The notes beneath the pieces were generated by a model. That model was not told where the DNA came from. It worked only from the letters and a program-made list of their open reading frames with translations, and did no database searches. A stretch of 60,432 nucleotides of DNA, filler included. It is 5 parts of 5 records of this genome, joined end to end, with 100 filler letters (N's around TTAATTAATTAA, not from the genome) between each part and the next. Parts side by side here need not be neighbours in the genome. Positions count along the whole stretch, not along the records: positions 1 to 12,050 come from SRR31156797_25928; 4 more parts are not named here. One strand, written 5' to 3'. This document shows, piece by piece, positions 1 through 11,100 of the stretch. Both the position numbers and the translations under genes were made by a program. The number at the start of each line of letters is the position of its first letter. Within the stretch, counting starts at the first letter, position 1.

Positions 1-175
1 GAACTGCTTCGAGGTCGCCTTCTCGACGACCGATGTGAAGAAAATGATGAACAGATCCGTTTCCCGTGGCGCCAAGGTATTGAAGGAGCCCGAAGGAAAG
101 CCCTGGGGCCAGACCGTCGCCTATGTGGAGGATCCCTTCGGGACCATCGTCGAGATCTGCACTCCCATCGATTAA
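1..175 (+). CDS. VOC/glyoxalase family protein, 3' fragment
   Basis: Frame 2 reads NCFEVAFSTTDV...GAKVLKEPEGKPWGQTVAYVEDPFGTIVEICTPID*. PWG...DPFG..VEI is the typical VOC C-terminal signature. Truncated by the window start. Confidence 0.8.
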   Translation, partial: NCFEVAFSTTDVKKMMNRSVSRGAKVLKEPEGKPWGQTVAYVEDPFGTIVEICTPID

Positions 176-190
176 GCGGCCTCGAATCGG

Positions 191-236
191 CAGAATCGTA
201 AGTTCTCCGGAGGGATTCCGGGAACTTACAATTCTG
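191..236. terminator. Long imperfect hairpin after the VOC gene
   Basis: CAGAATCGTAAGTTCTCCGGA-gggat-TCCGGGAACTTACAATTCTG, a near-perfect ~20-bp stem. Confidence 0.5.
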
Positions 237-320
237 AGAGCGCTATGGACGATGCCCTGAAAGCCAATCAAAGGACTGATGAAATTCAAACATCAGTCAT
301 TCATACAGCATTCCTCATAT

Positions 321-349
321 TTGACAATGTACACTCTGCTCATTAGAAT
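321..349 (+). promoter_or_regulatory. sigma70-type promoter of the MCP gene
   Basis: TTGACA-17 nt-TAGAAT, followed by an RBS (GAGG) before ATG 382. Confidence 0.7.
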
Positions 350-381
350 TCTGTAATGTCTAAAGTCAGTAGAGGTAAAAA

Positions 382-2157
382 ATGAATCTGAAAACAAAAG
401 TCATTGTCTTAATACTATCCGTGCTTATGCTTTCTGTACTAATGAATTATTTTACAGTAAGAAATAACCTGAAACAAAATGAACGGTTGATCTCGTTAGT
501 TGAAAATGATTTTGATTTATTTACTGATGCATGGACGATCAAATGGCTCGATGAGGTTTTGACCCACAGCGTGAGCAGATACATTCAAACGGCAGATGAA
601 AAATGGATTGAAAGATACAATTATCATGTAGGCCTTCTTGATGAGGTTTTTGCGGAGCTTGAGAGCAAGGCGACGAAAGAACAGATGAAGTTGTTTGATG
701 ATACCGCTTCTGCGAATGCAAAATTAGTAGAATATGAAGATGCCATTTTTGCGCTTGTTGATTCTGGTAAAAACCTGGAGGCAGCGGAAATCCTTAACGG
801 AGATTACGAAGTTCAGAAGGAAATATACGTCAAGTCAGTTAATGATTTTTTTAACTCACAGAGTGATAAAGTTGAGTCAGAGAAGGCTACTCAGATTGAA
901 GCAAATATTACAAATATTAAAATGACGGTTTTTATTGCTTCGGTGTTTTTATTAGTCACTTTGACATTGGGATTGATGCTTTACTTCTCAATAATGAATC
1001 CCTTGCGAAAAATGCAGACCCTACTGAACAAAGGGGCTTCCGGAGATCTTACAATCAAAACAACTTTGACTTCGAATGACGAGTTCGGTCAGATGGGGAG
1101 TAAGTTCAATCACTTTATAATTACTTTGGGAGATATGATTAAAGATATCATCAAGTCTGTTGCCGACAGCAGCGGCTTCAAAGATGACGTCGTGTCGTCT
1201 ACAGAGGAGACATCGGCAGCGGTTAATGAGATAAGCGCCAATACCAACTCTATGCAATCTCAAATGAAGAGTATGAATGATTATGTTCAAAACAATGTAA
1301 CGGCAATTGAGCAGATTTCCTCCAATATCATGTCCATGGACGGCCAGGTAACGAACCAGGCTTCTATGGTGGAAGAGTCGACAGCGGCCATTACGGAAAT
1401 GATAAGCTCGCTGAACAGTGTCAGCAATGTAACGAAGGCGAAAAAGGAGTCTACTTACAGGTTGGGTGAGGTCACTGATCTCGGCAGAGAGCAAATGACA
1501 AAGACAAATGAAGATTTCCTTGGAGTTGTCGATCAAATCTCATTTGTCCAGGAAATGGCTAATACAATAAACAGTATTGCATCGCAAACCAATCTTCTCT
1601 CCATGAATGCGGCCATTGAGGCTGCTCATGCCGGGGATTCGGGGAAGGGATTTGCCGTAGTCGCTGATGAAATACGTAAACTTGCTGATTCTACAGGCGT
1701 ATCTTCAAAGCAAATATCAAATAGCATAAAAGAAATAACGTCTCAGGTTCAGATTACAAGAAAGAACAGTGAAAAGCTTTCAGAAGTATTCGAATCTATA
1801 AAACATGAGATCGAATCCACTATAGATGCCTTCTCTGAGATTGATCAGAGCGTGAGTGAGCTGCAAATCGGTGGGAAGCAGGTCCTGGAGGCTTCAGAGC
1901 AGATCAACCAGGTCACTTCGTCGATACGATCTGCATCAAATGAAATGAAAATCGGTGTTGAGCAGATTGTTTCCTCATCCGAATCGGTTCGGTCTATATC
2001 CGAGAATGTGCTTCACGGCTTTTCGGAAATAACAATTGGAAACTCGGACATCGTGAAATCTATGGAATCGATTCGAGGTCAGGTCAAGGTTCTGGATTCC
2101 TCTCTTAGTCACATACAATCAAAAATAGATTGGTTTGTCACAGAGGATAAACAATAA
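382..2157 (+). CDS. Methyl-accepting chemotaxis protein
   Basis: Two TM segments around a periplasmic helical sensor, then HAMP (GDLT...DEFGQM) and the signalling hairpin [37 protein letters not shown]. Confidence 0.95.
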   Translation: MNLKTKVIVLILSVLMLSVLMNYFTVRNNLKQNERLISLVENDFDLFTDAWTIKWLDEVLTHSVSRYIQTADEKWIERYNYHVGLLDEVFAELESKATKEQMKLFDDTASANAKLVEYEDAIFALVDSGKNLEAAEILNGDYEVQKEIYVKSVNDFFNSQSDKVESEKATQIEANITNIKMTVFIASVFLLVTLTLGLMLYFSIMNPLRKMQTLLNKGASGDLTIKTTLTSNDEFGQMGSKFNHFIITLGDMIKDIIKSVADSSGFKDDVVSSTEETSAAVNEISANTNSMQSQMKSMNDYVQNNVTAIEQISSNIMSMDGQVTNQASMVEESTAAITEMISSLNSVSNVTKAKKESTYRLGEVTDLGREQMTKTNEDFLGVVDQISFVQEMANTINSIASQTNLLSMNAAIEAAHAGDSGKGFAVVADEIRKLADSTGVSSKQISNSIKEITSQVQITRKNSEKLSEVFESIKHEIESTIDAFSEIDQSVSELQIGGKQVLEASEQINQVTSSIRSASNEMKIGVEQIVSSSESVRSISENVLHGFSEITIGNSDIVKSMESIRGQVKVLDSSLSHIQSKIDWFVTEDKQ

Positions 2158-2236
2158 GAGAATGATTCCCCCGGTCCCGGCATTCCGTCTCATTTCGAAG
2201 GGGCGGCGCTTTTGAGGGAGGAATGGCTGCGGCGGA

Positions 2237-3142
2237 TCAGATCTGATGGCTCGACTCATGGCACACCAGCTCTATGAACCGGGAGATATAGGGTTTCTCC
2301 AGGGCGTTCTTCCTGTACACGATGCCGCTGGGAAAGGGGGGACGGCGCATCTCCTTGTTGATCTCAAAGATATCGAAGCGTTTCGCCTGCCGGGCAATCG
2401 GAACGGGGAGGGAGGTGATGTACTTGTTTCGGGAGAGGATCTCGTAGAGATTGAGTATGGAAGATGTGACCAGCTTGATTCTTTTTTTGTAGGACAGGCT
2501 GATCATATGGGCCTCCTCCAGGTCCTTGATCTCATAGGTGTTGGCGTGGCTGAAAACGGCGAAATCATACCGGGCCACCTCCTTCTCGGTGACGGCCTGT
2601 CCCGATGCGAAAAGGGGGTGGGAGCTATGGGCGTAGAAGGAGAATCCCACCTCGATCAGGGGCCTGATCACCACCCCCTGCTCCGAACGGAGGGAGCCGA
2701 TGTCGCAGAGGATCACATCGTACTCTCCCTTGAGGAAGTCCTCATACAGATCGAAGGAGTAACCAGTCCGGATATTAACGCATATGTCGGGCCTGTCCGT
2801 TTTATAGCGTTCCATGATGCGGGGGATGACGCCGTACTGCCAGACCGTGCCGGAACCGACCCTGAGGAACTGCATCTCATTCTCTTTCAGGTAGCGAAGC
2901 TCATCCATGGCGTAGCCGAACTCCCTCTTCATGGAACAGACCTGATGGTAAAGGGCGATCCCGTAGGGAGTGGGTACGACCCCCCGGTTCTTCCGATCGA
3001 ACAAGGTGTATCCCAGCTCTTCCTCCAGCAGCCGGATGCTTCTGGACAGGGCGGGCTGGGCGATGTGGAGCGTGTCGGCCGCCCTGAGGATGCTGCCTGA
3101 TTCCACCACGGCCTTGAAATGTTCCAGATATTTGTGAAGCAT
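2237..3142 (-). CDS. LysR family transcriptional regulator
   Basis: N-terminal HTH (FKAVVESGSILRAADTLHIAQPALSRSIRLLEEELGYTLFDR), ~300 aa, divergent from the TTT operon. Confidence 0.95.
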   Translation of the reverse strand: MLHKYLEHFKAVVESGSILRAADTLHIAQPALSRSIRLLEEELGYTLFDRKNRGVVPTPYGIALYHQVCSMKREFGYAMDELRYLKENEMQFLRVGSGTVWQYGVIPRIMERYKTDRPDICVNIRTGYSFDLYEDFLKGEYDVILCDIGSLRSEQGVVIRPLIEVGFSFYAHSSHPLFASGQAVTEKEVARYDFAVFSHANTYEIKDLEEAHMISLSYKKRIKLVTSSILNLYEILSRNKYITSLPVPIARQAKRFDIFEINKEMRRPPFPSGIVYRKNALEKPYISRFIELVCHESSHQI

Positions 3143-3161
3143 GCTCTCCCCTCCGATTGGA

Positions 3162-3232
3162 ATAGGTATATAATATTTATATATCTATCAAGAATATTGG
3201 TATTGGACAATATACCAAACCGATCTTATCAT
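3162..3232 (+). promoter_or_regulatory. LysR box-like inverted repeat and sigma70 promoter of the TTT operon
   Basis: ATAGGTATAT-N7-ATATATCTAT (3162-3188, contains T-N11-A). TGGACA-17-TATCAT at 3204-3232. Confidence 0.6.
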
Positions 3233-3294
3233 AAATCATCATTTGTTTTGTCTGCCGCGTTTTGAGACATGGCAGTCCCTAAAAGGAGTAATAC

Positions 3295-4302
3295 ATGAAA
3301 AAGAAAATGACAGTGCTTGCCTGTCTGATCGCCGTCCTGGCCGCGCCTCTGTTCGCCGAAGGCCAGCAGGACGCTGCCGCCTCTTATCCCAGGAGACAGA
3401 TCCAGAATATCTTCCCCTGGTCACCGGGTGCGGCCTATGCTGTGTCCCAGGTGGTCGCAGCGGAGATGGGTAACCAGCTTGGCAAGAACGTTGTGGTCAC
3501 GTCTACTCCCGGCGCCAGCGGAGTCAAAGCCGCCAAGACAATGATGACCAAGCCCGCCGACGGCTACACCATCTTCGACGGCTATGTGGCACCTCTTATC
3601 CTGGCCCCCCTCTTCGGTAACGCCGAGTACAGTTACAAGGATTTCAAGCCCCTCTACGCTGTCGCTTCCAACGGCTTTGCCATCGCGGTCAGAAGGGACG
3701 ATGTGCGTTTTGACGACCTGCCCGCTCTGGTCGACCATGCCCGTCAGAACCCCGGTGAACTGAAATACAGCGCCGGAGCGGATATCTCCCTTCCCCATAT
3801 GTCGGCCGCCGCCATGCTGAAGAACTCCAACGCCGTATGCCGCTTTATACCTTATAACGATACGGGAGACGGCCTGAAGGAACTCTTTGCCGGCGAGCTG
3901 GACTTCATGGTTGTGAACTCTGGAAACTACAAAAGCAATACGGAGGAGCTGCGCGTCCTGGCCGTCCTCAGCGATTTGGAGCAGCCTGGTTTCCCCGGCG
4001 AAAAGCTGGTGAAGGATTTTGGAATCAGCATCGGTCTGGACGGACTGGCCGCGACAGGCTGGACCTGGTGGGTCGTTCACAAGGATACCCCCGATGCGAT
4101 TGTTGAGATCATGCGAAAGGCCATGAAAACCTCCCTGGACAGTCCCAAGGTACAGAAGCAGATCCGGGACATCGGTTTTGCCACTCTTCCCTCGGATGTC
4201 TACTCTCCTGAAAATTACGAAGAGCAGTGCGGCAAGATTAACGCCCAGCTTCAGGCGGCTCTCGATGCCATCCAGTGGGAAAAGGATATGGTGAAAAACT
4301 GA
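3295..4302 (+). CDS. tctC: TTT substrate-binding protein (TctC/Bug)
   Basis: Signal peptide ending LFAEGQQD (spirochaete-style). Bug-family motifs YP.R.I..I.PWSPG, VVVTSTPGASG, KPADGYT. Confidence 0.9.
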   Translation: MKKKMTVLACLIAVLAAPLFAEGQQDAAASYPRRQIQNIFPWSPGAAYAVSQVVAAEMGNQLGKNVVVTSTPGASGVKAAKTMMTKPADGYTIFDGYVAPLILAPLFGNAEYSYKDFKPLYAVASNGFAIAVRRDDVRFDDLPALVDHARQNPGELKYSAGADISLPHMSAAAMLKNSNAVCRFIPYNDTGDGLKELFAGELDFMVVNSGNYKSNTEELRVLAVLSDLEQPGFPGEKLVKDFGISIGLDGLAATGWTWWVVHKDTPDAIVEIMRKAMKTSLDSPKVQKQIRDIGFATLPSDVYSPENYEEQCGKINAQLQAALDAIQWEKDMVKN

Positions 4303-4320
4303 TTCGTTTCCGGAACACGG

Positions 4321-4352
4321 ACCGGCCCTTCTTCCCCCCGGGGAGGGCCGGT
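4321..4352. terminator. Stem-loop after tctC
   Basis: ACCGGCCCT...AGGGCCGGT, a typical mRNA-stabilising hairpin after a binding-protein gene. Confidence 0.5.
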
Positions 4353-4393
4353 ATGCCGGATAGCCCTTAGATCATTTTTAAAATGGAATAACT

Positions 4394-4900
4394 ATGAAAT
4401 TGTCTGAAAAACAGAAATCCGAACTGCCTGTGGCTCTGTGTTTTCTCGTTCCCCCTCTGTATGCCCTCTATGAAATACAGACTCATTTTGTCGAAGCGGG
4501 AATGCATACCGGAGGAGGCGTTTCCAATGCCGCCCTTTTCCCCAGGCTCATCTCCATCCTGCTCATCATCATTACGGCAGTCAAAATCCTGATGCTGCTG
4601 TTTCTGCCTGATAAAGAGGAAGCCCCTTCCTCCGATCGCTTCAGCCTTATTAAGAGGGGGAGACGAAAATCCCTCTTCCTTATGTTTCTGACCTTCACAG
4701 CCTTTCTGGTCTGTCTGAGTATACTGGGATACTACGTTGCGACTCCCCTGGCCCTTGCGGTCTTCTTCATACTGCTGGGGGTGAGAAACGGGGGGCAGGT
4801 CATCTCCCTGTCCCTGGGCGTGACTGTGCTGATATGGTTTGTTTTTTCCCAGCTGTTACAGATCGTACTGCCCGTCGGTCGATTCGGCCTCTATTTTTAG
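4394..4900 (+). CDS. tctB: TTT small membrane subunit (TctB)
   Basis: About 4-5 TM helices, ALFPR and LGYYVAT motifs, C-terminal LP.G. Lies between tctC and tctA. Confidence 0.85.
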   Translation: MKLSEKQKSELPVALCFLVPPLYALYEIQTHFVEAGMHTGGGVSNAALFPRLISILLIIITAVKILMLLFLPDKEEAPSSDRFSLIKRGRRKSLFLMFLTFTAFLVCLSILGYYVATPLALAVFFILLGVRNGGQVISLSLGVTVLIWFVFSQLLQIVLPVGRFGLYF

Positions 4901-4912
4901 CAGGAAGTCATC

Positions 4913-6420
4913 ATGATATTTGAAATACTGAGAGCGGGAATCCCGGTTTATTTCGGAGCCTCCCAGATCTTTTTACAGCCATGGGCGTTTTCATGGGGAT
5001 CATCATCGGCATCCTTCCGGGACTCGGCCCCCTTCTGGGACTGACACTGCTGACCCCCATGGCCATGAATATGAATCCCTTCACCGGTATGGGCCTTCTG
5101 CTGGGCGTGTTTGTCGGCGGTACCTGCGGGGGAGCCATCTCGGCGATCCTGCTGCGGATTCCCGGAACCCCCATCGCCGCGGCCACCCTGCTGGACGGAT
5201 ACCCCCTGGCCCAGAAGGGGAGGGGACACTTCGCCGTGGGGCTGGCCGTCGCCGCCTCCGCCCTGGGCGGGATCATCGGAGGACTGTACCTGATATTCTG
5301 TTCTCCCGTACTGGCGAAGTTCGCCCTGAAGTTCGCCCCTCCCGAATACTTCGCCCTGGCTCTGACCGGAGTGATCTGCATCGCCATCGTCTCCAGGGAG
5401 TCCACCACCAAGGGCCTGATGACCGGAATGCTGGGCCTTCTGCTGGCCACCGTGGGCATGGATCCCTTCGTCAGCGAATACCGCTTTACCTTCGGCACCA
5501 TCGCCCTGTCCGGGGGAATCGGCATCGTCCCCATGGTCATCGGCCTGTTCGCTGTGAGCGAGATGTTCAATCAGGTGGAATCGGGAGACATGGACAAGAG
5601 CCCCCGTCTGAAGGCCTTTCTGCCTCCCGTCACATCGGTGACCTTCGCCCTCAAGCGCTGGGTCAACCTGCTGCGCTCCAGCTCGCTGGGGACCTTTATC
5701 GGAGCCCTTCCCGGAGCCGGATCGGTCATCGCCAGCTTCGTGTCCTATACCGTGGCCAAGAGTACCGCTAAAGACGGGGACACATACGGCACGGGGAATC
5801 CCGACGGCGTCATCGCCACCGAGGCCTCCAACAACGCCTGCTGCGGCGGCGCCCTGATCCCCTCCCTCTCTCTGGCCCTGCCGGGGGATCCCTGTACGGC
5901 GGTACTTCTGGCGGCGCTGATGCTGCTGGGCTACCTTCCCGGCCCCAAGCTCTTCACCGACAGCCAGGAGCTGGTGGGGGGCGTGTTCATGGCCTACATT
6001 ACGGCCAACGTGTTCCTCCTGATCATAGGGCTTCTGTTCATACCCCTGTTTGTCAAGGTGCTGAACGTCAGGAAGAAGTTCCTCATACCCGTGGTCCTGC
6101 TGTTGTGCGCCATCGGCGCCTATGGAATGGAAAGCTCTGTAAACGATCTGTGGAGCATGCTGGTCTTCGGGGCGATCGCCTTCTTCCTCAGCAAGTTCGA
6201 CTATCCCCTGTCCCCTTTCGTGATCGCCCGGGTTCTGGGGCCGATTATGGAGGAGAACTTCAGACGGTCCCTGGTTATGTCGGACAGCGACTACTCCATC
6301 TTTCTGTCCAGACCGATCTGCACCTCCGTACTGATCGCCAACGCTATCCTTCTGTTTTTTACGCTGGTGCCGGTGAAATCTATTATCAAAAAAATGAGAG
6401 CCCATGGAGCCGAAGCCTGA
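4913..6420 (+). CDS. tctA: TTT large permease (TctA); apparent 1-nt frameshift near 4970-4974
   Basis: Motifs GILPGLG, GGAISAILLRIPGTP, GALPGAG, EASNNA. The RBS-preceded ATG at 4913 is out of frame with the body ORF starting at 4981; one extra T in the T5 run joins them. Confidence 0.9.
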
Positions 6421-7976
6421 TGAAAACCATATTCCTTTTATTTGATTCCCTGAACCTGAGAGCCCTCAGCTGTTACGGAGGGACGACGACGACTCCCCAC
6501 TTCGACAGACTGAAGAAGGAGAGCGTCTCCTTTTCCAACCACTTTTCCGGGAGCCTGCCCTGCATGCCCGCCCGACGGGACCTGCTGACGGGGCGATACA
6601 ACTTCTTCCACTCCGCCTGGGGGCCCCTGGAACCCTATGACAATGTGCTGACCGATATCATGCGGGACGAAAAGGATGTGTACAGCCATATCATTACGGA
6701 TCATATCCACTACTTTGAAGACGGCGGCGCCTTCTATCACACCCGGTACAACACCTGGGAGTTCTTCCGGGGGCAGGAGTACGATCCCTGGATACCCGTG
6801 GTCAATCCGGATTTGGAAGCGCTGGCGGAGCAGTACGATCCCCGGCACTACAACTTCACCACTGATGCCAGGGGAGGGCATAAGCTGCAGCACGCCCTGA
6901 ACAAACAGCATGCCCTGAAAAGCCGCGGGGAATTTCCCCTGACCCAGTGCTTCGATTCGGCCATCCGCTTCCTGGACATCAACGGGACGGAGGACGACTG
7001 GTTCCTGCAGCTGGAGTGCTTCGATCCCCATGAACCCTTCGATATCCCAAGGGAGTACCTGGAGCGCTTCGAACTGGACGAGTCCCTGGATGCCGGGGCG
7101 GTTCTGAACTGGCCCAACTACGCCAGGGTCGTGGAATCGCCGGATGAGGTGAAGCGGATCAGGCGGAACTACCAGGCCCTGGTGGCCTTCTGCGATGACC
7201 AGCTGGGCAGGCTGCTGGATTATATGGATGAGAAGAAGATGTGGGACGATACGGCTCTGATCGTCACCACCGACCACGGCTACCTGCTGTCCGAGCATGA
7301 CTGGTGGGCCAAGACGATCATGCCTCCCTATCAGGAGATCTCCCATATCCCCCTGATGGTTCGCCATCCCGATTACAGGTCCAGGGCGGGCGAGTCGCGC
7401 CGTTTCACAACCTCGGCCATAGACATCATGCCCACCATACTGGACTGGCACGGCTGCGGGATACCGAAGGAGGTCCGGGGCCGTTCGCTGACGGCCCTCC
7501 TGGACAGGGATTCGGATGAGCGCAGGGTGGTGACTTCCGGTATCTTCGGGGGCTGCTCTCTGATCACAGACGGCAGGTACAGCTACTACTATTTCCCCGA
7601 ACACCTGGACAGTACGGGGCTGAATGAGTACAGGATCCATCCCTGCCATATGAGGTCCCAGTTCTCACTGGACGAACTGCGCAAGATGGATATCTGCGAC
7701 GGGTTTGACTTCACCAAAGGGATTCCCCTCTTGAAGATACCCGGACGGGATGACTCCAAGAGGATTCCCAACCACGACGCCCAGGGCTTCCAGGACAACG
7801 GTACGAGGCTGTTCGACCTTCGCTCCTGTCCCGATGAGTCGGAGCCCTGCGAACTGATACCGGAAGTGGTGCGCTATCTGGAGAAGGAGTATGCCTCGAT
7901 CATGAGGAACCATGACGCCCCGGAGGAGATGTTCGACAGGTTCCGCCTCTCCGGCCGGACCGCCGCCTGCCTGTAG
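6420..7976 (+). CDS. Cys-type (formylglycine-dependent) sulfatase
   Basis: The ATG overlaps the tctA stop (TGATG). MKTIFLLFDSL start, CMPARRDLLTGR (CxPxR), DPHEPF, TTDHGY. Confidence 0.93.
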   Translation: MKTIFLLFDSLNLRALSCYGGTTTTPHFDRLKKESVSFSNHFSGSLPCMPARRDLLTGRYNFFHSAWGPLEPYDNVLTDIMRDEKDVYSHIITDHIHYFEDGGAFYHTRYNTWEFFRGQEYDPWIPVVNPDLEALAEQYDPRHYNFTTDARGGHKLQHALNKQHALKSRGEFPLTQCFDSAIRFLDINGTEDDWFLQLECFDPHEPFDIPREYLERFELDESLDAGAVLNWPNYARVVESPDEVKRIRRNYQALVAFCDDQLGRLLDYMDEKKMWDDTALIVTTDHGYLLSEHDWWAKTIMPPYQEISHIPLMVRHPDYRSRAGESRRFTTSAIDIMPTILDWHGCGIPKEVRGRSLTALLDRDSDERRVVTSGIFGGCSLITDGRYSYYYFPEHLDSTGLNEYRIHPCHMRSQFSLDELRKMDICDGFDFTKGIPLLKIPGRDDSKRIPNHDAQGFQDNGTRLFDLRSCPDESEPCELIPEVVRYLEKEYASIMRNHDAPEEMFDRFRLSGRTAACL

Positions 7977-8012
7977 AGGCCTGACAGACAGACAAACCGT
8001 GACTGAACCCTT

Positions 8013-8047
8013 GCCATCGGACCCGTCCCTGTCCGATGGCTTCTTTT
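8013..8047 (+). terminator. Rho-independent terminator
   Basis: GCCATCGGAC-loop-GTCCGATGGC followed by TTCTTTT. Confidence 0.7.
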
Positions 8048-8110
8048 ATCGATTGTCCTTAAGCCGGGTGAATAGCCTGATCAAGAGAGGCAGGCGACCG
8101 CAGGATAGGG

Positions 8111-11100
8111 CTATCCATCCAATACCCGTCTCATCATCTTGAACAGCTGGTTCTTATCGACCGGTTTCATCAGGAATCCGTTCAGGCCGTTCCTCTTCAT
8201 CTCTTTCACGTCTTTTTCCGGGCTGAACCCGGACAAGAGGATGATCCTGGCATCGGGGTCGATCTCCCTGATCCTCTTGAAACTCTCGCTGCCGCTCATA
8301 AGCGGCATAATCATATCGACCAGAACCAGGTCCGCCCCGTCTGCCTGGAACCGCTGCACCCCCTCCAGGCCATTGACGGCGGTGCTCACGTTATAGCCCT
8401 GGATCTCCAAGAGGGTAGACATGGTCTCCCTCACAATCGATTCGTCCTCAATCAGGAGGATGCGCTCACCCTTTCCGGTGTTCTCCGGCATGTCCTGGCC
8501 CTGCGGCCGCTCCTGATCACGAGGCTCATTCTCCCCGACCGGCAAGAGAATCGTAAAGGTGGTGCCCACGCCCACAGAACTCTCCACTGAGATGGAGCCC
8601 TTATGCTGTTTCACCGTGCTGTAGACCGATGAAAGTCCCAGCCCCGTTCCCTTTCCCTGTTCCTTGGTGGAAAAGAAGGGCTCGAAAATCCGGCTGATCG
8701 TCAGCGGATCCATACCCGAGCCCTCGTCGCGAATCGTCATGGACACATAGGGCCCCGGCTCCAGCTCCGCCGTGCCGGGGATAAAGTGGTTGCTGTCGAC
8801 CCTCACATCCGCCGTTTCGATATAGAGCCTGCCCCCTTCCTCCATAGCATGGGCCGCGTTGAGACCCAGGTTCAGCAGGGTGTTCTGGATCTGTGAGGAA
8901 TCGCAGTTGATCATGGAGGAAAGGGCTCCCTGGTGAATGGATATCTCGATCCGGCGGTCAAAGGTCCTCTCCATCAGGGCGACCGTATCATCGATGATAC
9001 GGTGCAGGTCGATCGCCTTGAACGAGCTGGACTGCTTGCGTGCGAAGAAAAGAAGCTTCTTGGTCAGGTCGGATGCCCTCATGGCCGCATCGTTAATCAT
9101 ATCGATGTACTTTCCGGGGCCCTGGCTTCCGGATGGCAGATTCTCCCTCAACAGATTGGTGGCTCCCAGAATCCCGGTGAGCATGTTGTTGAAATCATGG
9201 GCCACCCCGCCGGCCAGTTGGCCTATGGCTTCCAGTTTCTGGCTCTGGCGAAGCTGCTCCTGCAGGGCGATCTCTTCGCTCACATTCCGGAACACCAGAA
9301 CCATGCCATAGACCTCTCCCGCTTCTGACGCGATGGGGGCCCCCGAATCGGCTATGTGATATTCGGTTCCGTCCCTTGAGATCAGAAGGGTGTCACGGGA
9401 CAGGCCGTCGGCCTTTCCGGAACTGAGGATCTGGTCAACCGGGCTCTCGAAGGGGGCTCTGGTTTCGGCGTCTATGGTATGGAACACCTCCTTCAGCATC
9501 CTGCCCCTGGCTTCCCCGGCGGTCCACCCCGTCAGGGATTCGGCAACGGGATTCAGTCTCGTGACCAGGCCCTCCGTGTCGGTCGCGATCACCGCGTCCC
9601 CTATGGAATTCAGTGTAATGAGGAGGTTTTCTTCACTCTGGCGCAACTTCATCTCGCTCTTTTTTCTCTGGATGATCTCAAAGTGAAGCCTCTCCAGATA
9701 CCACATGACGGTCAGGAGAGTCAGGGCGATGGCAAGGATAAGGAGGAACCTGAACAGCCTGGTTTTCCAGAAGGGGGGGATGACGTTGATAACCAGGGAG
9801 CGTCCGGTTTCGTTCCATACCCCGTCGTTATTGGATGCCTTCATCCTGAGAACATACCGCCCCCCTTCCAGTCCGGTGTAGCGGCCCCTGGGATTAGCTC
9901 CGCTGTAGTACCAATCTTTGTCCCGGCCTTCCAGCATATAGGCGAACCTGTTCTCTTCTGGCTTCGTATAGTTGAGAGCGGCGAACTGGAATTCGAAGAA
10001 ATTCTCCTTCCAGGAGAGGGTAATCTCATCCAGCAGCTCCGGAGCCTTTCCCAGGTCCACCGGAACCCCTCCCTGGCTCAGGCCGCTCAGGTAGACGGGG
10101 GGGACGAGGGGATTGTCCCGGATTTCCCTTGAGTGGAAGGCGTTGACGCCGAACGCCCCGCCGAACCACATCCTGCCGTCACGGGATTTGAAACTGCGCC
10201 AGACATGGTTATCCTGCACCCCGTCGTTAGAGGTATAGACCGTTACGACCTCCTTGGTCTCGATATCAAACTTGATTATCCCCGTATCGGTCGTCCCGAT
10301 CCAGAGGTGGCCTTCGTCATCCTCCTGAATCGTCTGATTGACACCGGACGTGGGAAATCCCGTCGCCTTGCTGAAGTGGCGGAAGGTCTCCGTTTCCCGG
10401 TCCATCAGGTCCATCCCGTGGGTGAATCCCCCTACCCAGAAATTCCCTTTGCTGTCTTCAAACACGGTGGACTGCTTTGTGAATCCGATGCTCTCCGGAT
10501 CGTCGGGATCATGAACATAGCGGGTGAACAGCAGGGTCTTCTTATCCAACCTGCACAGGCCTCCGAAGGTGGACGCCCAGATTCCTCCCCGCCCGTCGTC
10601 CCAGGAGGACCAGACCGTTCCCTGGCTGATGCTCTGAGGGTCAGCCGGATCATGCACGAAGTGGGTAAACACCCCGGTCCTCTTGTTTAACCGTTCCAGT
10701 CCGGAGGTGAGGGATATCCATAGAACATCCTCGTCATCCCTGTCCTGAACCAGGTTGCCCCCGGTTGAGGTATTGATCATCATACTGGTCGGATCCCCGG
10801 GGATGTTCATATACCTTTTCACGGTGACCAGCTCGGCCGTATCGAACAGGGACAGAACGCCCCTGTTGCTGAGCATCCACAGATGCCTGTCGTCCTCCCA
10901 GGCCATGGCTATGACGACATTCCCCAATTGAGGATCCACATCATCATACATCAGATGGGAGAAGCGTCCCGAGTCGGGATCCAGGATATTCATACCGTTC
11001 ATCCCGGAAATCCAGATATTCCCCTGTCCATCCTCTTCAAAAACCAGGACCGTATCGCCTATCAGGCCGTCCGGATCAGCGGGATTGTAGCGGTAACGAG

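Noticed and set aside
191-236. Integron attC site flanking the AT-rich MCP gene
   Set aside because: No RYYYAAC/GTTRRRY ends, no second site and no integrase.
6105-6419. 105-aa N-terminal extension of the sulfatase in the ORF track
   Set aside because: It overlaps tctA out of frame. The family-typical start is ATG 6420.
2246-7649. Long antisense ORFs (2246-3100, 4948-6405, 6438-7649 and similar)
   Set aside because: They are shadow frames of GC-rich genes with no motifs or RBS.
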